Under the pieces are notes generated by a model. The model had not been told where the DNA came from, made no database searches, and saw nothing but the letters and a program-made list of their open reading frames with translations. Source: a virus (lineage: Duplodnaviria > Caudoviricetes). Taken from it: DNA of 64,000 nt. Positions 20,729-31,076 of this stretch are shown here, one piece after another. The position numbers and the translations under genes are program-made. Location of the stretch: the IMG/VR virus record IMGVR_UViG_3300021471_000001, positions 609 to 64,608 of that record. One strand, 5' to 3'. The first letter of the stretch is position 1, and every line of letters starts with the position of its first letter.

Positions 20729-21408
20729 TTTTTAACTCCTATCATTGTTAAAATATTATTCCGAATGTACTTTCGGACAGTATCTTCATCAAAGCCCCTA
20801 TACAAAACTTTAAACCCTTTTTTATTCATAAGTCTTTCTAGCGTGCCCTCATTGAAGTAACACAAATGTTCATTCGGCTTGTAGTGTCTCCAATTTGGGT
20901 AAAAGCCAATCGACTTTGGAGCACTCGGTGTACTGATAACAATATACTTAGTGTTTAATCCAAACAAAACGTCTATCTCACTAAATGTCATGTGTTCTAT
21001 ACTGTCAAAAGCCGTTACTATATCAAACTTTAAGCTTGTTTTCTTTATATCAATCCACTTAACACCCACATCTACACCATGAACATCGTAACCATAACAC
21101 GTAAGACCATGTTTCTCAAACCTTTTTAAGAACGTGCCTAATCCAAAACCTACATCTAATAACGTTTCACATGTCTTATCGTCTTTTATGATATAGCTAT
21201 ATATCATGTCCATACGTAAAAACGTAACCAATAAACTGTCTTTCTCATACAGATTCTTATAATAATCCAAATACTTTTCATTATATTCAAACTTATCTTT
21301 AATATCATACTGCCATGTAAAGCCACAATCAGTACACTGATACAGATTCGTATCATACGTAACGTATTCGTCACAGTCGCATACATAACATATATCTCTG
21401 TTTTCCAT
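20725..21408 (-). CDS. Class I SAM-dependent methyltransferase with N-terminal Zn ribbon
   Basis: CYVC...CTDCG; LLDVGFGLGTFL; FDIVTAFDSIEH; EHLCYF. Resembles sugar/O-methyltransferases. Confidence 0.85.
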   Translation of the reverse strand: MENRDICYVCDCDEYVTYDTNLYQCTDCGFTWQYDIKDKFEYNEKYLDYYKNLYEKDSLLVTFLRMDMIYSYIIKDDKTCETLLDVGFGLGTFLKRFEKHGLTCYGYDVHGVDVGVKWIDIKKTSLKFDIVTAFDSIEHMTFSEIDVLFGLNTKYIVISTPSAPKSIGFYPNWRHYKPNEHLCYFNEGTLERLMNKKGFKVLYRGFDEDTVRKYIRNNILTMIGVKK

Positions 21409-21422
21409 TTATCAAAGTACCT

Positions 21423-21791
21423 TTAAAACGTAATATCTTGCTTGTCGTGTCTGCTAACAAGTAATTCCGCACCTGTAAAAATTGCAGGGAACGGGATTAT
21501 CTCTTCCACCTTATAATACATATCATCTTTCTTTATACGATACTCTTTCCTATTGTCAAAAGAGACACCTTTTACTATAACTTTCGCTTCTATAGATATT
21601 TCTTGTAAATGGTCACCACTAGAACCACCGCTCTTAGTGATGGAACGAGTATTTTTATTTAGCTTTATACTTTCATCCCAAAAACAATGACCAGTTTTAA
21701 TGTTTTCTGCCTTTGGCTTGTAATTATCATCATATCCTATTTCTGCTATAGTTATGGTAGCATTGCGAAAGAAGGTACTAAAATCTGCCAT
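21423..21791 (-). CDS. Probable head closure protein
   Basis: Size and position after the head-tail adaptor. Confidence 0.45.
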   Translation of the reverse strand: MADFSTFFRNATITIAEIGYDDNYKPKAENIKTGHCFWDESIKLNKNTRSITKSGGSSGDHLQEISIEAKVIVKGVSFDNRKEYRIKKDDMYYKVEEIIPFPAIFTGAELLVSRHDKQDITF

Positions 21792-22298
21792 TTAGCTTCT
21801 CTCCCACCTTTGCATATATGGTGTATTTCGCAAGTTTTGATTCTCGTCTACAAAAAGCTCAATCAAAGCTATCACATTCTCAGGTAACGTCTCACCCTTC
21901 AATTCCATAGAAAAGTCTAAAGAACCTACTGACACATCTTTTACATTTATCCGTTGTAACTTTTGTAACTCTCTGTTACCCGATTGGTCAATCCAATCAA
22001 CTATTAACTCGCACTGAGCTCGTTTTATCTCGTCTGGTATCTTATATTCATAAGCTGACATTGAGGACAAATACGGATACTTTCTTGGAAATTCGAGTGG
22101 CTGTGTATCTACAACCTTCTCACCTTTCCAAATAAGCTGATTAAGGCGACGTTGGGCTGTTATGATGTAATTTATCTTTGTTTGAGTAGAAAGACTAGCC
22201 CAATCGTCACCAATGAAAGCATTTGTGGTAACGTATTCATCTATATATGTATAATCAGCAAATGAATTAATCCCAGCTTTCACATCGCTTTCTGTCAT
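21792..22298 (-). CDS. Head-tail adaptor/connector (DnaT-like phage family)
   Basis: WKGEKVVDTQPLEFPR...IPDEIKRAQCEL motif; follows the capsid gene. Confidence 0.75.
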   Translation of the reverse strand: MTESDVKAGINSFADYTYIDEYVTTNAFIGDDWASLSTQTKINYIITAQRRLNQLIWKGEKVVDTQPLEFPRKYPYLSSMSAYEYKIPDEIKRAQCELIVDWIDQSGNRELQKLQRINVKDVSVGSLDFSMELKGETLPENVIALIELFVDENQNLRNTPYMQRWERS

Positions 22299-22309
22299 AT
22301 CTTCCTCGT

Positions 22310-22522
22310 CTAACTCCAGGGTGGATCAGTCCATGTGTAACTATCAGTTAACTCCATGTCTTTTACAACCTTAATATTGGACGTTGCATAGTCCGCTGAC
22401 ATAGAATCAAACGCCGTTTGTGGCTGATCATAATCTATAGGAGTATATCTACTCGCTCTAACCTCTTGTTTGACTTTCCAAGTACCATCTGTATCGTAAT
22501 ATATAACAAAAAAATCTGCCAT
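22310..22522 (-). CDS. Hypothetical (virion?) protein
   Basis: 70 aa with AGGAGG RBS immediately after the capsid gene. Confidence 0.6.
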   Translation of the reverse strand: MADFFVIYYDTDGTWKVKQEVRASRYTPIDYDQPQTAFDSMSADYATSNIKVVKDMELTDSYTWTDPPWS

Positions 22523-22551
22523 AGAAACCTCCTATCATTCTATAGTAGCCA

Positions 22552-23445
22552 TTAATGGAGGACTTCTATAACCCATTCACTGCGTAGTACCTTAACTCCA
22601 AAGTATAGATCAAGGTTCATCTTCCATCCAACGTTATCTAAGTCATATTGCATTGTGTATCTTATACTCAGATTAGTTTCATCATCAGTATAAATGTTAG
22701 AAACCACTCCGTTAGCTTCAATTGCGTCTAATGGTGCTGACACAATAGCTACTGCTGGTTCTATCATTGCAAAACCTCGATAACCTGAACCAGATGCAGG
22801 TATCAACTGCGATTGATGGAAATTCAAACCTAAGTACGGACTTAAAGAACCCTTTTGCATTACATTGGCATTCCCATAAGTATTTGCATTACGATACTCT
22901 GTTATATTTAGTATGTCTTTCTTCCCTTCAGGGCCTATAACTACGTGTCTAGGATACTCTTCATCTGCAAGCTCAGTGTCGAATGTCTTAACTATATTTT
23001 CTATAACGGTTGTATCGATATCTGAACCTAAACTTCCTACAGTAGTGCCAGCATTAGCAAGTATTTCATCTATGATAATGTTTTCTACTTTCTTTTTTAA
23101 AGCTCTTCCACCCTGACTTCCGTATACCTCTTGGATATTTTGCTTTGATGTAACACTCAAAGTGTCTTCCAAAAGGATAGGTACGTTTACGTGTTTATTT
23201 AAGGTAACACTTACAACGGAAGTAGAAGCACCACCAAATGTTAAAGCCGTTCCTGGTGTCTTTTCCACCGCCGTAAAGTCGCCAAAATCTGGTACTTGAA
23301 CCGTTCCGTGTTCGGGCATTTCTGATTCATATCGTCTAGTACACAGTTTAGCGATTACAAAGTTTTCTTTAAAATACTCTAAAACCTGTCTTGAAATTGT
23401 GGTACCAACTATATCAGCGTTGGTCGTTACATTAAAAGTTGCCAT
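22552..23445 (-). CDS. Major capsid protein (HK97 fold)
   Basis: GTVQVP, G..YLGLNFHQSQLIP, DLYFGVKVLRSEW C-terminus; follows the scaffold gene. Confidence 0.85.
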   Translation of the reverse strand: MATFNVTTNADIVGTTISRQVLEYFKENFVIAKLCTRRYESEMPEHGTVQVPDFGDFTAVEKTPGTALTFGGASTSVVSVTLNKHVNVPILLEDTLSVTSKQNIQEVYGSQGGRALKKKVENIIIDEILANAGTTVGSLGSDIDTTVIENIVKTFDTELADEEYPRHVVIGPEGKKDILNITEYRNANTYGNANVMQKGSLSPYLGLNFHQSQLIPASGSGYRGFAMIEPAVAIVSAPLDAIEANGVVSNIYTDDETNLSIRYTMQYDLDNVGWKMNLDLYFGVKVLRSEWVIEVLH

Positions 23446-23504
23446 CTTATTTTACCTCGCTTTGATGTTTTATTTTAAGTATATGACAACCTAGTTCTCT
23501 AATC

Positions 23505-24341
23505 TTATCTTGTTTTTCCGAAACCCTTCCTAAGCAAATGCGGTATCTGTTTTTGGAATTCTTCTTTACTCATTTGTTTTATATCATCAGCAGTGATTTC
23601 AGTACCAAACTTCTTTCGTCTATTCACAGTAGAAATGCCTGTTCCTACTTTTTCTTTTTTAAAGCAATAGCTTAACTCTTTCTCATAGAGCTCTGCCAAA
23701 AGATCGTCTGGTGTATACAAGTCTCCCTTTGCTTTGTTAATCATTACTTCACCGTCTTTATCTACTATGACAAGGTTTCCATCGTCATCAAATTCCATAA
23801 ACTGCATTAACCGATTAATTACGTGTTCCCTTGCTTCCGTATTGTGTGTTGAGTACTCAAAATCACCAATTGCTGTAATCGCAGAGTAACGCTTTCTTTC
23901 CTCAAGTCTCGCTAGTCTTTCCTCTTCCATCTTTTTCGCCAACTCTTCTTTTTCCTTCATGATAGCTTGTATCTCTTTCATCTTTTTCTCACTCAGTCTT
24001 CTACGCTCTTCTTCAAGCTTTTTCTCAAACTCAAGTTCTGGTGTCTTACCATCTTTCTGTTTTTCCAGCTCTTCAATATATTTTTGAAACTTATCATACT
24101 CTTCTACACTAAGAACACGCTGTCTTTCTGGATCGATTAATTTACCTTCTTCTTTTAACCTTTCGATTTCGGCTTTATGTTCTTTTGTCAATCTTTTAAT
24201 CGCCTCACTAGCCCCGATTCTTCTCGCCTTGTCAAACAATTCCTTTGTAGTATCCTTCTCTTGCTTTGGTTTTTCATCTGTTTCGGATTTTTCTTCAACC
24301 TGTTCTTCCTGTTCTAAGTTGTCTTTTACTTTTTCTTCCAT
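23505..24341 (-). CDS. Capsid scaffolding protein
   Basis: Charged coiled-coil protein with C-terminal ITADDIKQMSKEEF, between portal and capsid genes. Confidence 0.7.
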   Translation of the reverse strand: MEEKVKDNLEQEEQVEEKSETDEKPKQEKDTTKELFDKARRIGASEAIKRLTKEHKAEIERLKEEGKLIDPERQRVLSVEEYDKFQKYIEELEKQKDGKTPELEFEKKLEEERRRLSEKKMKEIQAIMKEKEELAKKMEEERLARLEERKRYSAITAIGDFEYSTHNTEAREHVINRLMQFMEFDDDGNLVIVDKDGEVMINKAKGDLYTPDDLLAELYEKELSYCFKKEKVGTGISTVNRRKKFGTEITADDIKQMSKEEFQKQIPHLLRKGFGKTR

Positions 24342-24417
24342 TTTTATACTCCTTTCGAGTCATGATTTTTATACTCAATCACGAGTCTTTGTATTTGTGA
24401 AAAAGCGTTTAAAGTAT

Positions 24418-25941
24418 TTACGCTTTTTCTTGTATGTTTTGTCCCTGCCCTGGTACTTGTTTTTGTCCCTCTGGTATTGTCTCTATTATTTCCTGTTCTT
24501 CTTTCTTAGGTTCTTCTGTTACCTTTTCCTGTTTCAACTCTTCTTTATAGTGCTTTTCTATTTCCTTATATACTCTCTTCTCTAAGTCTGCTGATAACGA
24601 TAATTGTTCTGATACTAGCTGCTTTACAGCCTCAGCCTTTGCTGTTGGAGAATATCCATGTATGTCAGCATGGTCTATAAACGTATATAGCTCTTCTATC
24701 TTCTTAGAAACGTCTATGATATTATAATTACGTGGATAAGTTATTTTTATTTCCTTTATGAACTCATCATAAGAAACATCAAGTGTGTTAGGATGTACTT
24801 TGTAAACATCATACCAAACCTTACATTCAAAGTTTTCCATCTGATTGGCTATTTGAATGATGGTTTCATACGTGTTGGTATAATCCATTATCATGCTTAT
24901 CCCTGATTGGTAAGAAGAAGTAGCTGAACCTTTTGCCTTAAAACCTGCTATATCTGCCATTCTATCAAGTAAGAAGTTTATCATTTCCCTTTTATCTTTC
25001 ATTGTAGATAGGTCAGGGGTTAAGAATGTCGGCTTGAAGGCGTTATCGTCCAATCCCTTCATTATTACTGCACGCTTTGTACTTAAGTCTATTGGTGTTT
25101 TTTCTCTTTCACCAGTTGTTGTGTTTATTCTAATTCCTGTATCAAGCTCTGGTAACATTAATAGATTAAACGCATTCTGAAAAACCTCTTCATCATGTAA
25201 ACTCATATAATTCATAATCTGTATATCGCATTCTAGTAAGCTTTCCGAAAAGCTATCACCGACCATATCAAAGTCAACGTCTCTTAAACACAATGGCACA
25301 AGTGGGACAAGCCCGTAACCGTGATTTGCACCTTCGCCTGAAATAATTGAACCATCGCTTTCATACCACTGAAAAGACTTCTCATCATACAATAAATACC
25401 GTTTCTCCGATTTATGCTCTGTGAAAGGCGTATACTCATCAAAAATATCATACTTTATCACTACCCAATCATAATTTCCATACTTATCCTTATACCAATC
25501 TATGACATCTTCAAATGACACTGACTTTACGAATACTTCACCTGTATCATTATCAAGGTCAATAAAGGCATAAGCTACTTTCGTTATTAGACTTAACACT
25601 CCTAGCTGCTTAAAGAAGTTATCCGCTTGTGTCCCTTTACCATCTAGATTTTCCTCATAAGGTATTAATATGTTTTTGTATTTCCCAAAGTTCCTCTCTA
25701 CATAGCCATCTGAACCGAACAATACCTTAAAATATAAGTCTATGTACATTTTGAAGAAGTTTAAATGTATAGTTCTTTTGCAACGCTCTTCAAAATCAAG
25801 TGATGTTTCTCGTTTATGCTTATACAAAGCCTTTTCGAGAAACCCTCGATTCATATAACAGCGTAATGCTAAGTCTACATAGCTAATGTTCTCTTTGTAA
25901 ATGTCATGTTGCTGAATAATAAGCTTATTTTTGCTTGCCAC
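24418..25941 (-). CDS. Portal protein
   Basis: 507 aa; RETSLDFEER, NHGYGLVPLVPL, QSGIS motifs; upstream of the scaffold gene. Confidence 0.85.
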   Translation of the reverse strand: MASKNKLIIQQHDIYKENISYVDLALRCYMNRGFLEKALYKHKRETSLDFEERCKRTIHLNFFKMYIDLYFKVLFGSDGYVERNFGKYKNILIPYEENLDGKGTQADNFFKQLGVLSLITKVAYAFIDLDNDTGEVFVKSVSFEDVIDWYKDKYGNYDWVVIKYDIFDEYTPFTEHKSEKRYLLYDEKSFQWYESDGSIISGEGANHGYGLVPLVPLCLRDVDFDMVGDSFSESLLECDIQIMNYMSLHDEEVFQNAFNLLMLPELDTGIRINTTTGEREKTPIDLSTKRAVIMKGLDDNAFKPTFLTPDLSTMKDKREMINFLLDRMADIAGFKAKGSATSSYQSGISMIMDYTNTYETIIQIANQMENFECKVWYDVYKVHPNTLDVSYDEFIKEIKITYPRNYNIIDVSKKIEELYTFIDHADIHGYSPTAKAEAVKQLVSEQLSLSADLEKRVYKEIEKHYKEELKQEKVTEEPKKEEQEIIETIPEGQKQVPGQGQNIQEKA

Positions 25942-26291
25942 TTTTCCACCAATAATATCATAATTTAATCAAATAGTTTTGTCCCTGTCATAGTGAAACA
26001 GGGACAAATATTTCTCAGGAGTAAGCTATGACAAGTATTTTTTACACTTTATCATTTATAATTCCACTCTATATATAAATAAACACTTTTTTTGTTAAAA
26101 GTCAAGGGCAATCCTAACTTTTTACTATATTTATATATATATCTATATGATATTTATATAATAAAACCTTAAGTTTTTTGTAATTTTTTTTCTACTTTTT
26201 AATAAAAAGCCAGCTGTAAATAAAAATAAAAAAAATGACACGGTTCTTACAAAAACGGTGTTAAGTGCCAAAAAATCTTAGGAGGTTCAAA

Positions 26292-26921
26292 ATGGAAAAA
26301 ATGGAAAAAATAAAAACTAATTTTAACGACTTAAAAAAAGGACTAGAAGCAAAAAAAGATGAATATTTTAACCTATGTTATGAAACTTGTAGGGTTATAG
26401 ATGAGCTAATACATCAAAACAAGGGAATATTCTTCCCAAACCTTGATGACCTTATTTTGGACCATAAGTTCAGAATAACTAAGGTTGACAGCGTCCAATT
26501 TAACGTTAGGAATATGCATTACGACCTGTTGTTTTATTTATTTCAATACCAAAAGGATAAAAGGTGCTGTTACTACTATGACAGCTATACCTACGAACTG
26601 TTGAACAATGTTTTTTCCGACAATAAGAAAAAATATTACTGCAATTTGATAAAGGAATTAGAAAAAAATGAGTTTTACATATACAAAAATTTGGATCACA
26701 TTGATTGTATAAAATGTAAATATAAAGACAAGTGGTATGTAATACAAGTTTTTTTGTCTGAAAACATCGACATATATGAAGATGAGGTCTTGTTTTCAGA
26801 CAAGAAGTATGTTTTTTCAATTTGGAAAAACGATAATGAAGTTTTTCCAATTATTAAAGAAATAATGCTATGTCACTTAGAATCTGAGGAATTCTCAGAT
26901 CACATAAAAGCATTTGGATAA
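26292..26921 (+). CDS. Hypothetical protein; only convincing plus-strand gene (moron-like)
   Basis: AGGAGG RBS before ATG 26292; preceded by an AT-rich divergent intergenic region. Confidence 0.75.
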   Translation: MEKMEKIKTNFNDLKKGLEAKKDEYFNLCYETCRVIDELIHQNKGIFFPNLDDLILDHKFRITKVDSVQFNVRNMHYDLLFYLFQYQKDKRCCYYYDSYTYELLNNVFSDNKKKYYCNLIKELEKNEFYIYKNLDHIDCIKCKYKDKWYVIQVFLSENIDIYEDEVLFSDKKYVFSIWKNDNEVFPIIKEIMLCHLESEEFSDHIKAFG

Positions 26922-27051
26922 TCCGTTTCACCACATTCACACATCTTTGTATTTTTTTTTAATAGTTTATTTCTTTTTGTTTTTTAACTATTCCTATCTT
27001 TTACCTCTATGCTTAATCCTAACGTAGGGGCTTTTCCTACCCTCACTATCT

Positions 27052-28704
27052 TTATCCACAAGTAGCACACTCCTCTTTCGATTGTATCTTACACAAATTA
27101 CCTGTTCTACAACCATCACGCCAATAGGTCATCCCCTTTATATGCTTACTTGTAACAGCATACTCAAATAATTCATACGTTTCATCCTTTGTGAAACCAT
27201 TTGGAACGTTTACCGTTTTACTCACACTCATATCTACAAAGCCTTGTATTGCCTCTTGCATATATATGTGTCGTCTCCAAGTAAGATCACTTGCCTTTGG
27301 ACGCTGTATTTCCTTTGCTACATCGAATAAATCCTTCTTTAAATATCTCTTATCTCCGTTTATGCCCTTTAGGTGTTTGATAAACTCAAGTGATGTAATT
27401 AATCTCTGTCTCATCTCCCCATCTATAGTAATATACTTATTATAATACCAATCAAACTGTGGTTCTATGCTAGTAGATAGCATACCATCGAAATCCCAGC
27501 TTGCTATAAAAGTCAAAGTTCCTGTCGGAGCGACCGATAACAATTTAAGATTATTCCTTTTATCTTTTCCTTTTTCTTTTGCAAGTTTCCATGACTCGTC
27601 ATCTGCAATCCTATAGATAAACTCAAACAATTCCCTAGCTAAAAAATAGCTGTCATCACTACCATAATCCTTACCTAACAAGTTTAAAAATGTCCCAAAC
27701 CCTGTTACACCTAGTCCTATACGCCGATCTCTTTTTGCTACTGCTTCCATTGGTTCTACTATATATTCAGACTTATCTATCACATTGTCCAAAAACCTTA
27801 TGGCAAAACGAATATCCCTTTCCATATTACGCCAACTAATCACCTTGTTTTTGCTTACATACTTCGGAAGTACGATTGAACCGAGATTACAAATTCCCCA
27901 TGCTGGTAAGCACGTTTCACCGCAAGGATTCGGGGCGATAACATCTTTATCTTCTTTCTGAGCGTTATATAAATTAAATATGCCAGGGTCTCCACACTCC
28001 CAGTTTGCATAAGCAATATCTCTCAATAACTCCCTTGCCTCTACTCTATCAATCACAGCACCATTCCACGTCAAGTCAAACTTAGTCCCTTGTTTTACTG
28101 CATCAATAAACTCTTTTGTTATTCCTACGCTGATATTAAAGTTACTCCAACCCATTTTAAGCGACTGTAAGTCTTTTTTGGCACTTATAAAATCCCTTAT
28201 ATCTGGGTGCCATATTGGGACTAAAGCTAATCCCGCTCCTCTTCTACCACCACCTTGTATAATCGTACCTATTGCTTTTCCATACAGTTCTATAAAAGAC
28301 AATAAACCACTTGACTTTCCTCTACTTCGTTTTAACTCAAATCCTTTAGGTCTTAGGTTAAACTTAAATCCAATACCACCGCCTTTTTGGAATATCTTTA
28401 TTGCCAAAGATAACTTGTCGGCAATGTCTTCAATATTATCGCTTACTTCTAACACGTAACAGTTAAACAAAACCTCGTCCGTATCTTCACCCAAAAGCCT
28501 TTTTACACCTAAGTTTGCTATTATACGACCTGCTGGTAGAAATCTCTTAGCATAAATCGGCTCTATGTCATATCCGATTCCTGCTTCCAATCGTTTACAT
28601 GTGTCGTCCCAAGTAAACTCTCTGTCCAACACAGCATAACGGTTTAAGAAAATTTTTTCACATAATTCCTTGTGTGATCGTTTTAATCGTTCTATATCAT
28701 ACAT
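27052..28704 (-). CDS. nrdJ: Class II (adenosylcobalamin-dependent) ribonucleotide reductase
   Basis: PAGRI, NCYV, GGGIG, RRGA, NPCGE, CNLGSI, APTGT, SKTVN, C-terminal CATCG; no nrdB gene nearby. Confidence 0.85.
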   Translation of the reverse strand: MYDIERLKRSHKELCEKIFLNRYAVLDREFTWDDTCKRLEAGIGYDIEPIYAKRFLPAGRIIANLGVKRLLGEDTDEVLFNCYVLEVSDNIEDIADKLSLAIKIFQKGGGIGFKFNLRPKGFELKRSRGKSSGLLSFIELYGKAIGTIIQGGGRRGAGLALVPIWHPDIRDFISAKKDLQSLKMGWSNFNISVGITKEFIDAVKQGTKFDLTWNGAVIDRVEARELLRDIAYANWECGDPGIFNLYNAQKEDKDVIAPNPCGETCLPAWGICNLGSIVLPKYVSKNKVISWRNMERDIRFAIRFLDNVIDKSEYIVEPMEAVAKRDRRIGLGVTGFGTFLNLLGKDYGSDDSYFLARELFEFIYRIADDESWKLAKEKGKDKRNNLKLLSVAPTGTLTFIASWDFDGMLSTSIEPQFDWYYNKYITIDGEMRQRLITSLEFIKHLKGINGDKRYLKKDLFDVAKEIQRPKASDLTWRRHIYMQEAIQGFVDMSVSKTVNVPNGFTKDETYELFEYAVTSKHIKGMTYWRDGCRTGNLCKIQSKEECATCG

Positions 28705-28747
28705 ACTTTCTTCCTTTCAATCCCATCTCTTCTTTAATTGTAATCCC

Positions 28748-28786
28748 AAAAAATAGTGCCTAGCCCCCAACACAAGACTAGGCACT
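28748..28786 (-). terminator. Rho-independent terminator
   Basis: Minus strand AGTGCCTAGTC-loop-GGCTAGGCACT followed by ATTTTTT, after the ThyX-like gene. Confidence 0.7.
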
Positions 28787-28835
28787 TCCCATCTTCCTAT
28801 CGTTTCGCCATACAAAAGAATTATAAAACAATGTA

Positions 28836-29417
28836 CTATACCAGTAACCACGCTTCTGGAAAAGCTTCCAACTCATCACAAAACTTTTGCCATTCTTTGA
28901 GTTTGTGATGACGTCTTTGTTTATACATCCTTCGCAGCGTTTGATAACTAACGCTCACATCTCTAATCTGTAGGAATCCTTCAGGTAAATGTTTCTTGAC
29001 ATAGTCAAATTGATTTTCATTTATGTAAAAGTTTAAAAAGCCGATTATCTCTTCATTCATACCTTCTACAAAGTCTTCTTGTGATAAATTTCTTTTCATT
29101 ATCGTATGCATTGTACTTTCACTGCCCTTTTCCACGCCTATTCTATATGTATCGAACTGTTGCCAAAAGTATCGAGGAGCTTTCATCTCAAACTGGGCTA
29201 TGATAAACCTTAAGAACTTGCTTCTTTCGTCTGAATCTTTATCCAATAAACGTTTTAACAACTTCTTGTCCCTGTTTCCCATTTCTACTGTACCATCACC
29301 ATATTCAAAACTATCCATCTTAATTATACTACCACTTCCACCAACACTCCAACTTCTACGAGCCGACTTAACAGCTCTTATCCAACCATATACTCTTAAT
29401 TCTTTTATCTGTAACAT
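28836..29417 (-). CDS. thyX: ThyX-like (flavin-dependent thymidylate synthase family, divergent)
   Basis: SKFLRFI, APRYFWQQFDTYR, SESTMH, LPEGFLQ, YQTLRRMYKQRRHHKLKEW; adjacent to RNR. Confidence 0.65.
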   Translation of the reverse strand: MLQIKELRVYGWIRAVKSARRSWSVGGSGSIIKMDSFEYGDGTVEMGNRDKKLLKRLLDKDSDERSKFLRFIIAQFEMKAPRYFWQQFDTYRIGVEKGSESTMHTIMKRNLSQEDFVEGMNEEIIGFLNFYINENQFDYVKKHLPEGFLQIRDVSVSYQTLRRMYKQRRHHKLKEWQKFCDELEAFPEAWLLV

Positions 29418-29418
29418 T

Positions 29419-30879
29419 TTAAAATACCTTTACATCTTGAAAACTTACTTTACCTTTACTTTGCATTGTAAAGCCACCGTGTAAGCTATCAGGACCGTCT
29501 AACTTACTATCAGGAAAATAGTCCAATTGTTCTATCAGCTTCTTATAAGCTTTAAACATATCCCTACGGAACTTTATACGACCATTAACTATGAATGGTT
29601 CTATCGTCTTTATCCTTGCTATCTTGTTTTCATAGTTCTTTATCTTTTTAATCGACATATAGAAACGGTTTTCTTCAAACTTTCTTTCTATCTCACTTAC
29701 AACGTATTTCTGAAACCCGTTTGACTCTATACCTAACTCGTGCCACTGCCACTCTATCCCCTTTGACACTACAAAGTCAGTTAACTTCTCTGGTCTAAGC
29801 TTTACCAGATTGCAGTCTAACACATAGAAAGTACCGTCGTCATCTTTGCCATACGTAATAAGACAAGAGTAATCACTATGTTTTTTCTCTTCTAGTGCTG
29901 GGTCTAAGTATGCCCATTTGTATAATCTATCTATATCTATAGCTTCCATGTCAAATAAATGAAACCTTTCGCTGTTGAAAACCCTTTCGTCCTCACTGTA
30001 TGGCTCATTCATCCACTCACATTGGAAACCACGAAGATTATCTTCACGTATTTTCTCTAACTCTTCAATGGTATAGCGTTCTTTCCACAGAGGAGTCCCA
30101 TCTTCCTTTATAGCTTTGTAAAAATGTATTCGATATAATGGGTTTTTCTTTCTACAAATGTTATGAAGCAAACTATCCCAGTGTAATATCGTACCTACAA
30201 GGATAATATTCGTATACTTTAAGTCCCCTAAAAACCTAATAGCACGATTGAACCAATTCATCTGTCTTTTTCTGTAAGCTTCACTTTCAACTTCTTCATC
30301 TTTTTCTAAGTCGTCAATCAGTATAAAATCAGGTCGCTTCTCTCTTTGCCTTATTCCACGCAGTGATTGACCAAACCCACGTGCTACAATCCTTACTCCA
30401 TTGCTAAGGATAATATCACTATCCGACCACTTTACAAGCCTATTGCCTTTATCCATTGCCGGCTTTAATCCGAAAACCTCTATCAGCTTATCGTTATATT
30501 CTATTTCTTCTACAATATTACGTAAGATTGATTGAGAGCTAGCACCACTAGACGATATTATCACTATGAACTTACGTTTCATATAACATGTGAGCCATAA
30601 AACCGCACCTAAAGATAATAAAACAGACTTACCATGATTTCTCGGAGCTATGAAAGTTTCTATTTCAGTTTTGACATTTAAGTTTTCGATAGTATGGATA
30701 ACGTCATCATGAAATGGACAAAAGCTATAGTTAAAGTAGGACGGCAAAAACTCCAACAAAAACCCCTTGAAGTTGTTCTCATACTTCTTTTTAATCTTTT
30801 CGTTTTTTTGCTGTACTAGTTTCCTATGCTTTTCGTACAACAAAAGTAGTTGTTGTTGTTTCAACCGCAGTAATGACAT
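29419..30879 (-). CDS. terL: Terminase large subunit
   Basis: Walker A APRNHGKS, LRG, Walker B ILIDDLE, VGT, nuclease YLDPA...SDYS, IESNGFQ, DGPDSL. Confidence 0.95.
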   Translation of the reverse strand: MSLLRLKQQQLLLLYEKHRKLVQQKNEKIKKKYENNFKGFLLEFLPSYFNYSFCPFHDDVIHTIENLNVKTEIETFIAPRNHGKSVLLSLGAVLWLTCYMKRKFIVIISSSGASSQSILRNIVEEIEYNDKLIEVFGLKPAMDKGNRLVKWSDSDIILSNGVRIVARGFGQSLRGIRQREKRPDFILIDDLEKDEEVESEAYRKRQMNWFNRAIRFLGDLKYTNIILVGTILHWDSLLHNICRKKNPLYRIHFYKAIKEDGTPLWKERYTIEELEKIREDNLRGFQCEWMNEPYSEDERVFNSERFHLFDMEAIDIDRLYKWAYLDPALEEKKHSDYSCLITYGKDDDGTFYVLDCNLVKLRPEKLTDFVVSKGIEWQWHELGIESNGFQKYVVSEIERKFEENRFYMSIKKIKNYENKIARIKTIEPFIVNGRIKFRRDMFKAYKKLIEQLDYFPDSKLDGPDSLHGGFTMQSKGKVSFQDVKVF

Positions 30880-31076
30880 ATACTAATATTCCTTTTTACT
30901 CTTTGATAGTGATTCTACAAAAACAAAATCGTCTAATTATTTTTAGCTCTTTTTTACAAACCCCATTACTCATCTAAACCAAACCCTTTGTAGAAACCAA
31001 ACTTGTTTTCACAATTTTTCATACATAAAATTAATTTACACGATTTCACTTTTGTCATTCCTTTTCAATCCTTCGT

